Position numbers and translations under genes: made by a program. Below, one piece after another: positions 30,425 through 32,561 of a DNA stretch of 32,561 bases (position 1 is the stretch's first letter; each line of letters starts with the position of its first letter). Location: the IMG/VR virus record IMGVR_UViG_3300001199_000027, positions 1-32,561 of that record, one strand, 5' to 3'. The notes under the pieces were generated by a model, which worked only from the letters and a program-made list of their open reading frames with translations, had not been told where the DNA came from and ran no database searches. The DNA comes from a virus.

Positions 30425-31843
30425 ATGGCACGCCTCGGACGAGCACAACCTTTCAAGCCTCTCGTGCAGGCTTTTCGTATTCCCGGTCCCTCGAACTATT
30501 CGCAGGTGTTGGATGAGACGATCACGTTCACCGATTCAATATCGAGGAGTGCAGCACGTCTCTTTTCAGAGACGATCACCTATACGGATACGCTTGCCCG
30601 GCAGGCATTAAAATCATTGCTCGAGACCGTCACGTATACCGATACGCTTGCAAAGATAGCGGCTAAATCGTTCCTAGGGAGCGAGACGATCACCTTCACG
30701 GATACGATGATTCGCAGATCCACAAAGGTCCTATCGGACACGATCACCTATACAGACTCTCTCATCCGATCCATCAGCCGATCTCTCATCGAGACGGTGA
30801 CTTTCACCGATACCTTGCTGAAGCAGGCCACTCGTACTCTCACCGAGACGATCACCTATACAGACTCTCTACTGAAGCGTAGCGGGAAAGTGCTCTCGGA
30901 CACCATGACGTTTACGGACACGCTCATCCGCAGCACAGCTCGTGCACTCACGGAGACGATCACCCTGACCGATACCGTCCTTAAGCAGCTCACCCGAGCG
31001 CTCACAGAAACCATCACCTATACGGATACCGTCGCTCGTCTGGCCGTGCTCACCAAGGCATGCAGCGAAGTGATCGCCTTCACGGACACGCTCGCACGAT
31101 CGACCACGCGCGTCCTTTCGGAGATCGTGACCTATACGGATACCCTGGCGAAGCAGATCCTCCGGACGCTGCTCGAGACTGTCACGTATACGGATAGCTT
31201 CAATGCAGTGAAAGTGACGGCGAAGCTGCTCACCGAGACGATCACGTTCACGGACAGTCTTATACGCCTCGCTGGCAAGGTTCTTTCGGACACGCTGACC
31301 CTGACCGATACGATCATCCGCCGGACCACGCGCGTGCTCACCGAGACTCTGACGCTCACGGATACCATCGTACGCCAGCTCTCCCGATCTCTTTCGGAGG
31401 TGATCACATATACGGATTCCTTGCTACGCCAAGGCGGAAAGGTCCTCGCAGAGACGATCACGTATACCGATGCGCTCACCAAGCGCGCAACGAAGCTGCT
31501 CTCGGATACCGTCTCATTCGTCGATACGATCGCAACGGTTCTCACCTCGGGAGTGATCTCGAAGGTTCTGACCGAAACGATCACATTCACCGATAGCATG
31601 GTGCGCCGTAGTGGGAAGGTGCTCACCGAGACTCTGACGCTCCTCGATACACTCACGCGCCGAACTTCACGCGTATTCTCTGAAGTGATCTCCTTCATCG
31701 ATACGATCGTTTTCGGCACTGTCCCCATCCTCGCTTCATATACGCTGCGTCTCCTGTATCCAGTGGGCGTTATAATAAAACAAGCGCGCCGCCTCTTTAC
31801 TGCAAAAGCTGAAGATCGCGATCACACTATAAAAAGACAATGA
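30425..31843 (+). CDS. Repeat protein: about 22 tandem 18-aa units with core (E/D)T(I/V/L)T(Y/F/L)TD(T/S). Candidate fiber or solenoid.
   Basis: The translation shows ETITFTDS, ETITYTDT, ETVTYTDT, DTITYTDS and similar, each followed by L.R....(R/K).L(S/T). Confidence 0.8.
   Translation: MARLGRAQPFKPLVQAFRIPGPSNYSQVLDETITFTDSISRSAARLFSETITYTDTLARQALKSLLETVTYTDTLAKIAAKSFLGSETITFTDTMIRRSTKVLSDTITYTDSLIRSISRSLIETVTFTDTLLKQATRTLTETITYTDSLLKRSGKVLSDTMTFTDTLIRSTARALTETITLTDTVLKQLTRALTETITYTDTVARLAVLTKACSEVIAFTDTLARSTTRVLSEIVTYTDTLAKQILRTLLETVTYTDSFNAVKVTAKLLTETITFTDSLIRLAGKVLSDTLTLTDTIIRRTTRVLTETLTLTDTIVRQLSRSLSEVITYTDSLLRQGGKVLAETITYTDALTKRATKLLSDTVSFVDTIATVLTSGVISKVLTETITFTDSMVRRSGKVLTETLTLLDTLTRRTSRVFSEVISFIDTIVFGTVPILASYTLRLLYPVGVIIKQARRLFTAKAEDRDHTIKRQ
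30515..31714 (+). repeat. In-frame tandem repeat array, unit about 54 nt, about 22 copies
   Basis: Recurrent strings include ctcaccgagacgatcac... and acgatcacctatacagactctct (both at ~30741 and ~30853). The period matches the 18-aa protein repeat. Confidence 0.85.
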
Positions 31844-32172
31844 CCAAAATTCGCACCGTACAAAATGACTCTGGATATTCTCTTCAGTTCACGCTGCAGA
31901 ATAACGACGGGACCGCATTCGATCTGACTGGAAACAGCAAGGTCGAGTTCCTCGTGCAGTACGGGACTGCAGCCGCACTCAACGTAGCGGGAGCCATGAC
32001 TGTGACCGGCGCAGCAACTCTCGGAGTCGTGAACTATATCGTCGGCGCTGGCGTGTTCGATGCAGCCGGCGAGTACAACGGAGCGATCCGCGTCACGTTC
32101 GCGAGCGGTCGCGTCGTCACCTTCCCGGACATTGATATCCTCGTTTCTCCGGCGCTCCCGGTGACTCCCTAG
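31840..32172 (+). CDS. Small Ig-like / BppU_N-like domain protein
   Basis: TVQNDSGYSLQFTLQNNDGTAFDLTGNSKVEFLV...GEYNGAIRVTF fits the pattern of phage Ig-like baseplate/fiber accessory domains. ATGA overlap with the repeat gene. Confidence 0.55.
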   Translation: MTKIRTVQNDSGYSLQFTLQNNDGTAFDLTGNSKVEFLVQYGTAAALNVAGAMTVTGAATLGVVNYIVGAGVFDAAGEYNGAIRVTFASGRVVTFPDIDILVSPALPVTP

Positions 32173-32229
32173 ATCTTATGCACACCGAGCAAGCTATATA
32201 GCCGAGATTATTACTGCTAGGATAAATAT

Positions 32230-32561
32230 ATGCACGAAGCACTCATAAAGCTGACTCCTGAATTTCGCGAAAAGTTTGCTGCAGCGATCGGCGCTGCGTC
32301 CTACCTCGAGGTGATCGAGAAGGCGAAGGCTGCAAAAGACTCCGGATCCGATACCGGCCGTTTCCGTGTGATCATCTCAACCGCGGATAAAGACCGCCAG
32401 GGCGAGATCGTGGATCAGAACGGATGGGACACGGAACTTTACATGAAGAATCCAGTGGTCCAGTGGGCCCATGATTACCACACCCCGCCGATCGGTCTCT
32501 GCGATAGTCTCAAGCTCGAGAACGGCCAGCTTGTCGCTGAAGGCTTTTTTGCCCCTGAAGA
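32230..32561 (+). CDS. Prohead protease, 5' part (continues at position 1 after removing the 79-nt overlap; whole gene about 458 aa)
   Basis: MHEALIKLTPEFREKF...GRFRVIISTADKDRQGEIVDQNGWDTELYMKNPVVQWAHDYHTPPIGL is a typical HK97-type protease N-terminus including the catalytic His region. Confidence 0.85.
   Translation, partial: MHEALIKLTPEFREKFAAAIGAASYLEVIEKAKAAKDSGSDTGRFRVIISTADKDRQGEIVDQNGWDTELYMKNPVVQWAHDYHTPPIGLCDSLKLENGQLVAEGFFAPE
32483..32561. repeat. Second copy of the 79-nt terminal overlap
   Basis: Identical to 1..79. Confidence 0.95.

Noticed and set aside
30515-31714. Regular ~54-nt repeats that could superficially resemble a CRISPR or satellite array
   Set aside because: The repeats are contiguous with no unique spacers and are imperfect at the DNA level. 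They keep one open reading frame and a conserved 18-aa protein unit, so this is a coding tandem repeat.

Overview
The window is a complete tailed dsDNA phage genome. The first 79 nt are identical to the last 79 nt (1..79 = 32483..32561), so the unique length is 32,482 nt and the contig closes on itself inside the prohead protease gene. Every convincing gene but one is on the + strand.

Gene order around the circle:
- Head: prohead protease/scaffold fusion (32230 across the junction to 1124), HK97-type major capsid, head-tail connector proteins.
- Tail: siphovirus-type module with major tail protein, G/GT chaperone with a canonical -1 frameshift, tape measure, tip proteins and a Gly-rich fiber.
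- Lysis cassette, ending at a bidirectional terminator (14071..14101).
- One small basic gene on the - strand, then a divergent control region.
- Early region: Sak4-like ATPase, wHTH replication initiator with an embedded iteron origin, RusA-like resolvase, many small Zn-ribbon and membrane proteins.
- A structured non-coding region, then small and large terminase and a portal-MuF fusion.
- A ~5.4 kb accessory block (26761..32172) wedged between portal and protease.

The accessory block is the main point of interest. It holds an APS-kinase-like gene, a sulfotransferase gene and a 472-aa protein made of 22 tandem 18-aa Thr-ladder repeats. I read this as a candidate phage-encoded sulfation system.

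Other notable features:
- Almost no Shine-Dalgarno sequences. CCTATG junctions, ATGA overlaps and AAACAAACAAA leaders occur instead.
- A recurrent composite DNA element (DnaA-box-like TTATCCACA plus CCGACCGCTCGGCAT).
- An SSB-like C-terminal tip (EDIPF) on the Sak4-like ATPase.
- Strong GATC enrichment.

I could not recognise an integrase, DNA polymerase, helicase, tRNA or CRISPR array. All functional calls rest on motif recognition by eye and on synteny. No database search was run.
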